Shown: piece after piece, positions 12,802 through 25,470 of the stretch
Layout: the number at the start of each line of letters is the position of its first letter
Numbering within the stretch: the first letter of the stretch is position 1
Source of the DNA: Macrostomum hystrix
Lineage: Eukaryota; Animalia; Platyhelminthes
Assembly (NCBI GenBank): GCA_950097015.1
Contig: CATNEN010000030.1
Span: forward strand, 4,588,001 to 4,652,000
Direction: 5' to 3'
DNA length: 64,000 bases
Position numbers and translations under genes: made by a program
Notes under the pieces: generated by a model
What the model saw: only the letters and a program-made list of their open reading frames with translations
Databases searched by the model: none
What the model was told of the DNA's origin: nothing

Positions 12802-13399
12802 TAATTTTGTACTTATGCTTAATACAAGCCATATGTTTGAATAGTTTAGGTTAGCAACTAATACAAAAAATACCCCCTGGCATTTTATTTTAGTGTTTAG
12901 TGTAGGCCAAGGCCAGAGTTATTCCTTGATCTTGGCTACAATATATCTTAAAAACTAAAGAGTTGATACTTTATAAGTAAAAGTTATTTCAAAAAGCATT
13001 TTTTTATTTAATGAAATCAGTTTCTAAGGCACTTTAGAAGTTCAGAATGGAAAGATGGAGACTTAATGGAGACCTAATTATCTATAAATAGCTAAGCTGC
13101 AAAATATATAACATTTGAACATACTCTAAATAGCATGTTGAAAGGTTTTTTAATCTATATAGTAATAAAAATAAATAAACTTTCAATTTATGTCAAGATG
13201 TTAACATAAAATGTATTATTTCATTTTTAGTTATTTTGTAGAGAAAGCTTTGATGTTATAGCTATTTGTTATGTAGTTTCTGTATTATAGAAAATTAAGT
13301 TATACAGCTAGGACAAAAATGTTAATATTGATCTAATGCTTTATGTTTCTTACTCAATCATTTGTAACTGGCCCAAATAACTACTTAATAGATAATAAT

Positions 13400-13743
13400 A
13401 TTAATAATAATAATAATTGTATGTGGGCAATTGGCACATTATTAAGTGACACTAGACCTGCAGCCAGAAAGGAGGCAATTCTGCCCATTTTGTTGACTCC
13501 TAAGCACACATAATTTATGCAAGCACATACTTATACAGGTGTGTATATCTGCCCTGACTTTCTCATTGTCAGGCAGTGTGCACTTCACTGTGCCTTGGAG
13601 GTTGGCCCTCAAGGGCATAAATTGCACAAGCCCCTAAGCCTTCTCTCTGCCGCTGCACCCCAAATAAATATGGCCTCACTGATTCAAACTTAGGGACTGT
13701 GGTACAAGAGGCAAACATGTTTACTGCTCTACCACTGACCCCC
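13400..13743 (-). mobile_element. tRNA-derived SINE family 1, copy B (near full length, with (TTA)n-like tail)
   Basis: The reverse complement starts GGGGTCAGTGGTAGAGCAGTAAACATGTTTGCCTCTTG. It shares ATCTGCCCTGACTTTCTCATTGTCAG and TTCTGCCCATT with copy A and has an (AAT)n tract at the 3' side. Confidence 0.75.
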
Positions 13744-14539
13744 TTCTAATTAATATATTATATGCCAATAAACTATCAAGATATTCAAAACCAATCAAAT
13801 GACCAACTTTTCTCAATTTCTTAGGCACTTACAATGATAAAAAAATTCAAAAGTACTACTGTTCCTTTTGTCTTTAGTAAAATAGACTATTTCATTAAGG
13901 CTTTAATTATTTGAACACTTAAAACATTACATTTATATTACCTAATGTAACAAGTTGTTTCATTTGCTGGCAGACAATAATATGGTAAACATGGTGACAC
14001 AAACTAGATAATTTTTTGAGGATTAATTTTTATCTGGAAAGCTAGATTTTGGTAGATAAAATTGTTTTTAGAAGTTTTCAGCAAATATAAAAAGTTCTTT
14101 TTGTTTATATACAAAGTTGCATCTAATTTACATATATGTTTCCTATATTTAATTAATGTGAATGTAATATATTGAATCAGTCAATGTAACATAATTCTTA
14201 TATGGCCTCCATTTTGAAGATTAGGAATAAAGGTAATGATGGAATGTAGCTTATATATATATTTATCCTTCTGCCCAGTATTTATTTCTGTGTAAGGTTT
14301 AATAATATTTTGAATGGAAGTATTTAGAAAACATTATTTTTTATAAAGTTTTTTGAATTAAAATATCACTCTTAATGTTATTATGTTGCAAATTCTAAAT
14401 TATAATAAGCTATACCCTTTTACCAAAATAAAAAAGACTTTTTAACTTTTTAACATATGGTATTTAGACAGACTGCCACAGCTAGGATAGCAACTTATAA
14501 AAAAATAAGTCTAGCATTTTTTTCTTTGCACAATTGTTC

Positions 14540-14630
14540 AGATTATATTTTATTGGTTCAAGCATTGAGTCTGTAGACTGAAATACTGGTCCAACAGACA
14601 GACAGATCCTAGATCTTTAGTATGAGTGTG
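14540..14630 (-). mobile_element. Degenerate 5' end of a Helitron related to the one ending at 50986
   Basis: TTGGTTCAAGCATTGAGTCTGT...GAAAT...CCAACAGACAGACAGA...TTTAGTAT aligns by eye with TTGGTTGAGGCATTTAGCCTGT...GAAATTCCACAGACAGACAGA...TTTAGTAT at about 50907-50980. Confidence 0.45.
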
Positions 14631-15166
14631 AGTGTATATTATTTACTGTAATATATTTTGCAGCACATGTCAGTTTGACCAATAATCTCTTAATATTTAA
14701 ATGATAGAAGCTATTGTTTAGCCTGAGTTACATTGGCAGTACTAAGTATAGTTGCTCATTTTGTATGCTTGTGAGCTAAGCTTTGAGTGAGATCCTTTAG
14801 ATTTCTGGTACCTACATTAGTACAAAAATAATATTTATGCAACTTATATAACAAGGCTGCTGTTTTTATCACACAGTTTGCATTTACATATAATTTATAC
14901 ATAACATAGAGTAGATAGATATAAATAGAAGTATGTAACCCCCGCTTATGTAAGTCTTAAGCTTTCTCTGCATTTTTATGCTAGAGAATTGTATAACATA
15001 AAGTATTAAAAAAATATTTTATTGTAAAAAGTTGGTACATGTCTGTTTTTTAAATAATGTATGAGCATCTCTGTTGAATCATTTGGTAGTTTTATTTATC
15101 TGCCAAAGTCATTAGAAACTTCAAAGAAGTGCCATATCCATATAAAACGTAATATGCTTTCCAGGG

Positions 15167-18100
15167 ATGCGACCTATGGGCGCACCCGGCCAGTCGGCCC
15201 AGCCACCAGCTGGACTGCAACTCAGCGGTCAGCCGCCACCTGGAGTATCTGGCGATCCAGACAAGCGAAAGTTGATTCAACAACAGCTTGTTTTGCTTCT
15301 CCACGCACATAAGTGCAGGCAGAATTGTACCCTTGCTCATTGTGAGACGATGCGCAATGTCTTACATCACATGCAGAATTGTACTGAGGGAAAATCCTGT
15401 CTGACTCCTCACTGTGCTAGCAGCAGGCAGATTCTTAATCATTGGAAAAACTGCGCTAATCCAAGCTGCCCCGTTTGCGAGCCCTTAAAGAGCCAGAATC
15501 AGAGAGCAGTCCAGATGCAGCCAGCTCATGCAGTACTGCCTCCGCAACAAGTGGTAGCGCCTCAGCCAGTACTGCAGGTTCAGCCGCCGTTTCGACCTCA
15601 ACCACCTATGCAAACTATTCCACCGCCGGCTCAAATGCAGGTGCAACCGATGCGCCCGACTACTCAACCAATGTCATTAACCAATCAGCAGTTGGTTCAG
15701 ACTAACTCTGTTCCTGCATCTGGCTACAGCACCGTAGTGCATTGGCAACAGCCACAACAAGTGATTAGAATGTCACCTTTGGTTCCTCAAGGGCCACAGG
15801 GTCCACAAAATCGAACTATTAGTATGATGACAAATGTTCCCCAGATTCCGAATCCCATACAGCAGAACGTTCAACCGGGAGCTGTTCAAAAGCCGCCTCA
15901 ACAGGTACCGCCTCAGCCCCCGCCGCAGCCGCAGGTGCAGGTGCAGCCTTTGCAGCCACCTTCATCTACTCAAGCAGTAGTTACGACTTGCAGCACAACA
16001 AGTGTTGGAGGTGGCTGGCAAGTAGAAGTCACAAATGACATGCGGAATCATTTAGTTCGTCGTATTGTTCAGACAATTTTTCCGTCTCCAGACCCAGAGG
16101 CCTACAAGGACCCGCGCATGACCAATCTTATAGAATATGCAAAGAAGGTTGAGCGCGACATGTACAATTCAGCGAGGAACAAGGAGGAATACTTTCATCT
16201 GTTAGCTGAAAAGTGTTTCAAGATTCACAAGGAGCTCGAGGAAAAGCGGCGTTCACGCAACACTGTCCAGACTGGAGGCTCTCAGCGTCCAACCGGTACA
16301 GCCGCGACTCCTGCTCAGGCATCTGCTTCTCAATCTGGAACTCCGGCCGCAGTTTCTAACCCTTCATCAGTGTCCGGTATTAGCGACGGAATATTAGCTA
16401 TGCCACGCACTAATAGTGCTGCTACAGCACCATCAGATTGTGTTGGAGACGACAATTCACTTTCGGCAGTTGATCTTGCAGAGCGAAACTTCATTCAGGC
16501 AATTAAGAAGTTTGAAAATGACTCCTCGAGAAGCGTTGACGTAACAATGGTGAAGGAGGAGCAAAAGGCTCCAGAAACAGTTAAGCATATCAAGGCTGAA
16601 CTAGTAGAATCAGCTGTTTCTGATGGCCGTGGATCTGAGACAGTGTCGTTCACAACACCAGTGAAGGTAGAATTAAAACAGGAGGACATCAAGCAAGAGT
16701 CATCGGAAGCGTCGAGTTCACAACGAGCCCAGCCTAAAGTGCTTCGAGATCCAAAGCGCTGGACTCGTGAAGAACTAATGCGCGCATTTCACCCCGTGTA
16801 CGAGAAGCTGTACAGCAGTGAACCGGACTCATTTCCTTTCCAGCGGCCTGTTGATCCAATCCAGCTTGGCATTCCAGATTATCCATCAATCGTAAAGAGC
16901 CCTATGGACCTGTCTACCATTAGCAAGAAGCTTCAAGAAGGCAGCTACAAAGACCCATGGGAGGTTGTTGGAGATTTCTGGCTTATGTTTAACAATGCCT
17001 GGCTGTACAACAAAAAGTCGTCCAAGGTCTATCGATATTGTTCTACACTTAACGGTATCTTTGTCGAGGAGGCTGACAAAGTAATGAAAGACCTCGGATT
17101 TTGCTGTGCTGTTGAGCATGTTTTCGAGCCGAAGGTTCTCTACTGCTTTTCGCCTAACAGCTGCACAATTCAGAAAGACCAGACGTATTATACATTCGTA
17201 AAGAAAGACCGCGCCGCGTATCCAGGACTCAGCTGTGACAAGTATCACTTTTGCGAGCCTTGCTTTGTGAAATCTGTTGAGTTTGTTGACATTTACGAAG
17301 ACATATCAAGTCAGCAGCCTGTTAAAGTGCCAAAATCTGAATTTGAGCAGAAGAAAAACAACGTGAAAGAGATGGAAAAGTTTTGCCAATGCAGGGAGTG
17401 TGGTCGAAAGTGGCACTCCATCTGTGCACTTCATTTAGACGAAGTTTATCCGAGCGGTTTTGTTTGCCCTGGCTGCATTTCTTCAAAGAAGATTGTAAAG
17501 CGCGAGAATCGCTATACAGCAAAGAAGCTCATACCATGTGTATTAAGCGACTTTCTGGAGAAGCGAGTCAACGACTTCTTAAAGAAAAAGGAGACAAATG
17601 CTGGAACTGTGTACATTCGTGTTTTGTCAAACGTTGACAAACAATGTGAAGTAAAGCCTTTAATGCGAGCGCGTTTCACTGATGCTGGATCGTTTCCTGA
17701 ATCTTTTACATTCCGCTCTAAGGCGATATTTGCCTTTCAAGACCAAGAAGGTGTCGATGTTTGTTTCTTTGGTCTGCACGTTCAAGAGTACGGCTCAAAT
17801 TGCCCTCAGCCTAATTGTCGGCGAGTGTACGTCGCCTATCTCGACTCAGTTCATTACTTCCAGCCTCGGAAGTACCGCACCGACGTATACCACGAGATTC
17901 TAATTGGCTACCTGGATTATGTAAAGAAACTTGGTTACGCTTTTGCGCATATTTGGTCTTGTCCCCCATCAGAAGGTGACGACTACATATTTCATTGTCA
18001 CCCGGCAGACCAGAAGATTCCAAAGCCAAAACGTCTCACCGACTGGTACCGACGTATGCTGGACAAGGCCTTGATTGAAAGAATCGTCGTGGACTACAAA

Positions 18101-21100
18101 GATATTCTGGCCTACGCGCTCGAGAACTCAATAATGTCGCCAACTGATCTGCCCTATTTTGAGGGAGACTTTTGGCCTGGCTCACTTGAAGAACTTATTA
18201 AAGAACTGGACGAGCAGAAGAAAAAGATGGAGGAGGAACAGCAACAAATGGACAATGAAGACGATGAAGCAGAGGAGGGCGGCGACGGTAGCAAGGCGTC
18301 CAAGAAGAATCCGAAGTCCTCTAAAAATAACAACAAGCGCAAGGCAAAGAGTAAAATTACGTCCACTTCTAAGCGCAAGAAGTCAAGTTATTTGGCCACT
18401 TCTGGCACCTCACCTGATCACGACGACCTGATTTCTAAGCTCTATGAAGGTAAGCTAGCCCAATAATTTCATAAAATAATTTCAGCTGTATCTTTCAATT
18501 AGGGTTGAAATTATTATTTTTTTTCATGTCTATTTATTTATATTCGAATCCCCCATCATGAAACTCTACCTCATTCTTTATAATTTGCCTTTCTTTTACT
18601 AAAGGCTTGGAGCGACACAGAGATGTATTCTTCGCCATCCGTCTGCATGGGCCGCAGTCAGTGGCTAATCTGGGCCCAATTGAAGATCCTGATGCGGAGG
18701 TTCATCTTGACCTGCAGGATGGCCGAGACAATTTCCTGTCCATGGCCAGGGACCGACACCTGGAATTCTCCAGTTTGCGCCGCACTAAGTTCTCTACGAT
18801 GATTATGCTTTATGAGCTTCACTCCGAGGCTCGCAAAGAGTCCTTCTCCTTTAACTGCAACAAGTGCCAGGCTCAAATTGAAACACGCTACCACTGCACG
18901 GAGTGCGATGACTACGACCTTTGCCAGAAGTGCTACGTAGACAACGACCATCCGCATGAGCTGGTTAAAAAGACTGGTCTTCTGGTTGAGCCCGACGGCC
19001 CTGGTACTGTTGACGCCAATTCTCCTGAGCCCCGCCGCGTCTCCATCGAGCGGTGCATAAAGTCCTTAGTGCATGCCTGCACGTGCCGGGACGCTAACTG
19101 CTGCCAGCAGACTTGCATGAAGATGAAGCGCGTCCTGTATCATACTAAAGTGTGCCAGAAGAAGTCGTCTAATTCCTGCTCTCTGTGCAAGCAGCTTATT
19201 GCTTTGTGCTGCTACCACGCGAAGTTCTGTTCAGATGTAAGTTAAATATATGTTTTTTAGAAGTCTGAAAATGGAATTTTGCAAACAGTTCAGTCAATCG
19301 AATGTTTCACAATTTTGTTTTTAAGGTAAAGTGCGCCGTGCCGTTCTGCCAAAACATCAAACAGCGCCTTAAGCAGCAGGCACTGCAGCAACGTCTACAA
19401 CAGGCACAGATGCTCAGGCGACGAATGAACATTACCAGAAAAGGCCAGCAGCCACCTTCAACTGCGCCCACTGCCTCTTCGCTGGTGTTGCAGCCTCCTG
19501 TTAGTCAGTCAACGGCTCAGATTCCCCCTCAGATTATGCCTATCCAACTTCAACAACCGCAGCAGCAGGTAACGAGTGTCTATGCTACACAACCAGCTAT
19601 TCGTGCTCCGATTCCTGCTCAAGCCTACACACCTGGTTAGTTGAACTTTTCGCAATTTAATTTTATTGTAACCAGCAGGCTATTAGGCCAACTAAAGTTA
19701 TCAGCTTTTTTATATTTTTAACTGCTCTTAAATGCGTGTACATAAGGCTAAGCTAGGCTAAACTCTCCGCAGTTTTTACATAAGCAAAGTATAACAAGAA
19801 ACCATTTATTGGACTTATGCTGTGAAAAAATGTCTGTTTATTTAATTACTTGCGCTTTTTCGGCTACTATAGAAGGCCACTATTTCGTTAACGTACTTAG
19901 TAGTTTATCAGTTTATTAACTTTCCAAATCTCAGTTCCCGGCGGCCAACCTGCACAGCCGCAACAGCCGCAGCAGCAGCAGCAGCAGCAGATGTGGCAGG
20001 CGGCACCCGGGCAACGCATGCCAATGCAGCCGCAGCAAGGCCAGCCGCAGCCTCAACAAATGGGTGGCGTGGCACGTATGACCGGCCCGGCAGGCCAGCA
20101 GCCCACTCCGCCAAATTACAACAGGCCTCCGCTCAGTGCCCAGGAGCAGTCCAGGCTGGATACTGTCTGGAGTCAGGTTAGTGGTCTTAGTTTATTTTCT
20201 TGATTTCTGATATTTATTGTCTATACCTGGGATCTAGAGAATAAGCTGATGTGATGTTCGTTGATATTTTGTGAGAGGAATTGGGCTTCTTAAGCACTTA
20301 AGCATTTTTGAGTACTCGTATCTATGGTTTAACAGTTTAGAAAACTTAAGCATGCATTTTCGTTATCTGAGTACGCATAAGACTCGTACATTGGTTTTTG
20401 TTACAAAGAAGCCACAGCTTGAGAGCTTGTAGCCCATTTGTTAGAGCTTCAGGCTCCTAACTTGGAGGTCGAGAGTTCGAATATCAGCCCGGGGTGACAG
20501 TATGTCCTTGACAGGACAGTTCTAAAAAGACACTACTTAAATTCCACATGCTTCAGTTCACCCATCTAGGTACCAGCATCAGCTGGGGTAGAGATAACGG
20601 TGGGTTGGGCGGCATCCCAGTACACGGACTAAACAATTGTACACAGCTCAGTAGCTGCAGCTGTGCCACACACATGCCACACACAGGCTGTTTATCTTGC
20701 CTACTTGGCAAGGATTAATTTCTATTCTATCTCAATTTATTTGTGTTTCATTAAATAAACTGAAATAACAGTTCAAGATCAATAATACGAGATTTAATAT
20801 CCATGAATGCGATACATGGATATTACACCTTTCGTTTCGTGCAGGCGTCCGTAATTTTAGCGACGCATCTTAGAGCTCATAGTTTTTAATGGACCTTCAG
20901 ATTTTTCGCAGTTAAGCAGGTCACTTGCTGGCTAATTAAAGAAGGTTAATCGGTTTTATATATCGCTTATATATACTATAATCTGTTTTATAGTATTTGA
21001 AATCACACTGAATCTTCCTTCGAACCCTGTCTCGCAGGTGATGCAGAAGATCAACAATCCCAGCTGTACCCAGCAAGAGAGGGACACTGCTAAGCAGTAC

Positions 21101-21403
21101 GCTGAGATGATCAGGCGCGATCCTCACTCCTTCCTCTTGCGGCTGCACAACAGTGAGCAACGCCGACTGCAACAGCAGCAGCAAGTGGTCCAAACTCAGC
21201 AGCCACAGGCCCAGCAGCAAGTTCGATTCCAGCAGCAGCAGCCGGCCTATTTTAACCCACAGATGCCTTGCCCGCCTCGAATGCCTGGCATGGGGCAGAG
21301 GCCACCGGGTGAGCAGCTCTTAATGGGGCAGCCCCCGCAAGATCCACAGCAGCAGATTCACACACAGGCGGAGAGGCTCGGTCAGTTTGCTGACAAGCTG
21401 TAA
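15167..21403 (+). CDS. CBP: CREB-binding protein / p300 histone acetyltransferase; 5 coding exons, about 1610 aa
   Basis: Exons 15167-18449, 18605-19236, 19326-19635, 19935-20176 and 21038-21403, with matching phases (1,0,1,0). Domains in order: TAZ1 ([18 protein letters not shown]), KIX, bromodomain ([11 protein letters not shown]), RING/PHD, KAT11 HAT ([34 protein letters not shown]), ZZ, TAZ2 and a Q-rich tail with an NCBD-like segment. Confidence 0.96.
20421..20700 (+). mobile_element. Second tRNA-derived SINE family (CORE-like body) in CBP intron 4
   Basis: A tRNA-like head TAGCCCATTTGTTAGAGC...GAGTTCGAAT (B-box about 20473-20482) is followed by GTATGTCCTTGACAGGACA...CAGTTCACCCATCTAGGTACC, which resembles the CORE-type SINE domain. 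Only one copy occurs in the window. Confidence 0.5.
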
Positions 21404-23084
21404 GTCCCACTGTAAATAGCGCGCATGCGGACTACTTACTACTACTACTTAAACCCCTCTCTTATTCGCCACTTATTTGCTCCCGTTGTGTTTTTTTCTG
21501 CCCACCCTTTCATTCTAATTGGGATTTTTGTATGTCATCTGTTCATAACTTTTCGCATGCTTCTTTTTTGTTGTACTTTCTAGCTGGCAACTTTTTCCTT
21601 GGGCATATTTAAGTTTTACGTGCGTCCCTATTTTCAGTAGAATTTTGTGCGTCATTGCTTTTGGCTTTTTTCTGCTTCAAGTTCGCTCGCAGTTTCCCTT
21701 TATCTGTTTTAAGTTTCATACTCCCCAAGTCTGTGCAGACTAACCTCAGTTCTGCTGTATTCTGTTTTAGACCTATGCCCCCTTGTTACACCGGCAACAT
21801 TGCCTTTTATACGGATTCAAGCCTGATGTTTTATTATTATGCCTGATAAGGTTCGCCCGCCGTTGTTTTCGTATCGCTCTCTAATGTTTCTCTGCTATGC
21901 TCGGGCGATTACATTTTTTTCGCTGTTTCCACTGTTTGTCCATTGATAACCGAGTATTTTGTTTGTTTTGCTTAATTCCTCTTTTTTGCTCATAGCTACT
22001 TGCCCAGTACTCGTACTTGATTGGCTGCCTTTGAGGATAGCGGATTTCAGAATGGAACTCCTAGTGTTAAACAAAACCAGTGATGTTGTCAGAATCAACA
22101 CTATGTCGTCCCTCAAAATCAGAAGCATCTAATTTTTATGTTGCCGAGCTGCTCTGTGTGATGAAAATTGGCAGTCAGGTAAGCACAGAATACTGTTGTG
22201 CATAGCAGCTACCTGAGTAAATAGTTGCACTTGCCTCAAATAGCAAGTGAATACTTTTTATAAATAAATTTTAGCTGAGCTGTCTCTGTTACGTGCGTTG
22301 CCACTCTTTTGATCTTACTATTTATTTGCTTGTGATTCTTTGATTTCCCGCCACTAACACTAAGTTATTTGCTTAATCGAGCAACTTTTTACTGAACAGA
22401 CAAACGACTTCTTATATGTTTGTAATTGATAAATCTGCAACCAAAGTGGGCCGAGCTCTCCGCTAGCTTGTGTCTCCCGCATTCACTTACACCGATTTGT
22501 TCTAGCTGAGAATCCCTGATTCAGGTTCTCCCAGCCCCCACTTTACTACTGTAAATTGCTACTTCACTTTTTTAAGTCCCTATTGCTCCATTTCGGCTCA
22601 ATTTTCCTCGCGTCGAACAATGTGTTAAATTATAATATTATAACTATATGTGCTATGATTATTTGCAAGTACTGTGTTCTCAATTCACAGGCTGTTGTTG
22701 CTGCGTAATTAGCGAAATGCACTACAATTCATCTCTCTGAGAACATCTCAACGGCACTAGCTATCCCCAGTTTTTTTATATAGCGCGGCTCTGGTTTCCG
22801 CCCTGGCATCCTCTTGCTGTTTGCTGTTTGTTTTTAATTCGCTTTTGTCTGCCATACGTGCATTAACTGTGTCTGATGGAACTTTAATTAATATATATTT
22901 AGATTCAACTAAAGCTTCTCTGTTTTACTGGTATTGTGCTATCATATGCGAAACTTTTCCGGCATTTGTTATAACTGATTCCTTTAGCTTTGGATCCACT
23001 TTACTGCTTAGAGTATTTATTTACTATTCTATTTCCTAAGAGACACCTCACCGTCACTCCATAGATATCCTCTCCCCATTGATA

Positions 23085-23545
23085 ACCACCTCACCCTATA
23101 GAGAACCACCTCACCCTATAGAGAACCACCTCACCTATAGAGAACCACCTCACCTATAGAGAACCGGCTCTACCCTCTCTTAGAGGCACCTCACTTATAG
23201 AGAACCACCTCACCCTATAGAGAACCGGCTCTACCCTCTCTTAGAGGCACCTCACCTATAGAGAACCGGCTCTACCCTCTCTTAGAGGCACCTCACCTAT
23301 AGAGAACCGGCTCTACCCCTCTTAGAGGCACCTCACCTATAGAGAACCGGCTCTACCCCTCTTAGAGGCACCTCACCTATAGAGAACCGGCTCTACCCCT
23401 CTTAGAGGCACCTCACCTATAGAGAACCGGCTCTACCCTCTCTTAGAGGCACCTCACCTATAGAGAACCACCTCACCCTATAGAGAACCGGCTCTACCCT
23501 CTCTTAGAGGCACCTCGCCCATAGAGAACCGCCTCTTCTTTTAAG
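23085..23545. repeat. 40-41-bp minisatellite (CACCTCACCTATAGAGAACCGGCTCTACCCCTCTTAGAGG), preceded by 19-20-bp subunits
   Basis: Direct tandem copies are visible. The shorter unit CACCTCACC(C)TATAGAGAAC recurs before and within the array. Confidence 0.9.
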
Positions 23546-25470
23546 AACGCCTTTTCCTTAGACACCTCACCCCTTACAGAGTGGCCTCTTTATCTAATGA
23601 ATCGCCTCTTACAATTAAAAACCCGCGCCTTGTCTAGCATATAATCGCTTTAGATTCTGATGGATCGCTTACGATGAAGTTTTGGCTGTCCTTTGCAGTC
23701 AAACTTGAAGAAATTAAGACTACCTTGCAATGGAAAATTCACTAAGAATTAACGAGCTCTATTCTTTTTAGATGCAAAAGCACTGCATACTACTATTAAT
23801 GATATAGCCACATAAAAAGAGGACATAACTGCTCGCAAAATCAAATAAGCGATACACAACTACACTACAACCTAATGAGAATCAAGTTTGAGGGTGAGAA
23901 CCACCTCACCCTTTCCCATCTCACTCTTACCTTACCAATCTCATCCTTACCCAGTAAAGTACTACGCTCGTATTTCCTCTACGGCCCGTACACCTTGATT
24001 TATTTTTTTCACTATTGCTCGTATTGTGACGATTAGTCAGTAATTAATTCCTCAATTGTAATCCCAGCTGTCTAACTGATCGGTTCCACACTGACAATGA
24101 ATTCAATCTGCAGAAACATGCTTCTATTTGATTATGCTTCTATTGCCCTCATGCCGTTATTCGATTCGGCGAAAGCCAAACACGGAAGCTCAGATTTGAG
24201 AATGAGACCACAAAGCTGTTTATGGAGTTGTCCAAGACAGGCACAGGATATTGTGTGTGTGCATTCGCTTGGCCGCCAGCGATAGACCAGGGAATGTTTG
24301 GCGCAGAAGGAGCTGCTCGAGGGCTCCTGTGCAAACAGGCTGCTCGCACACTGCACAGGTCAGCAAACACTGCTGTTGAGCTGCATGGCAGCTGCATGGC
24401 CACTGCAACGGAGCCCCACACAGTGGGATCGAAGGCTAGGGTTCAAAGACTGAGATGTGCTTGTCGGCTCATTAAACCCCTCATGCTCATTGGCGTCCGG
24501 CCTCTGGACGACCGATTTACCGATCTATCTCTCTTCGAATATCAAGTTGACAGTCTTGGCTAGCATACCTTGCCCGAGCTGCATGCATTTAGTCACTGCC
24601 AGTTTTCATGCAGTGTGCTTCTTGTACGAGAGCTATAGCTCCGACGGCACAGCAGTTGAAATGAGTGCCTGATGGTCCTCGATTTGACGAGCCGCCTGCT
24701 GACTGATTGCCGCCCTGCGGTGAAGAGTGCGGCAAATGCAGAATGAGGATTGAAAGTGGCTGCTGCAGTGAGGGCTTTTGTTTGCCGGTTGTGTTGCAGA
24801 ATTTTGATGAGAGCGCCAATTAATTACCAGTTCATTGCATCGCTTCCCAGTGCTTATGCGAATGAGTAGGAGAGCTGGGAAAGATTCTGAGTGACCGGCT
24901 TAACATGCGCGCCATTGGGATCGAAAGTGAAGAGGGGCACCTGTCACACAGCAGAGACGAATTGGCGAGGCCTTCATTGGGCTGGCAGGCTAATGGATCG
25001 AGAATCACGGCCTAGAAGGCTGGACAGTGACTCCGAGCTATGCACGTGTCGCAGCAGAGGTTGCGATATAGTGTTATAGAGTTGGCAGTCTGTGTGTGAG
25101 TGGGCTGATAAGAGAGCGTGCCGGTAATCAGTTAAGCATGATGGGAGAAGTGACTGACTCGGAGAGCCAGCCGAACTGGCCGTTCCAGTGAGCTTGTAGT
25201 GAGCATTCTCTTTTGTCACTTAAATGCCGAAATTCTGCCAGAAGCATTTCCAGTCTGAGTCCTGAGAACATTAAAATCAATCAATCACAATCCGTAATCG
25301 GATCTATTACGCTTCACAGGAAATAGCTCAGCTAATTCCACGATCAAAAGACACAGCCAACTTTGAGACAATGCTCTCCCTTCATTTGAGGATGAGGGTA
25401 GCTGCTCCTTGTTATTTTCTTTCGCGTTATCATGCTCAACACTTGCTAAATACTTGCTGCTCATCGACGA

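Noticed and set aside
24097-25220. GC-richer block with overlapping short ORFs between CBP and osr
   Set aside because: No consistent frame, domain or repeat ends were found. It may be regulatory or an old TE, but this is unsupported.
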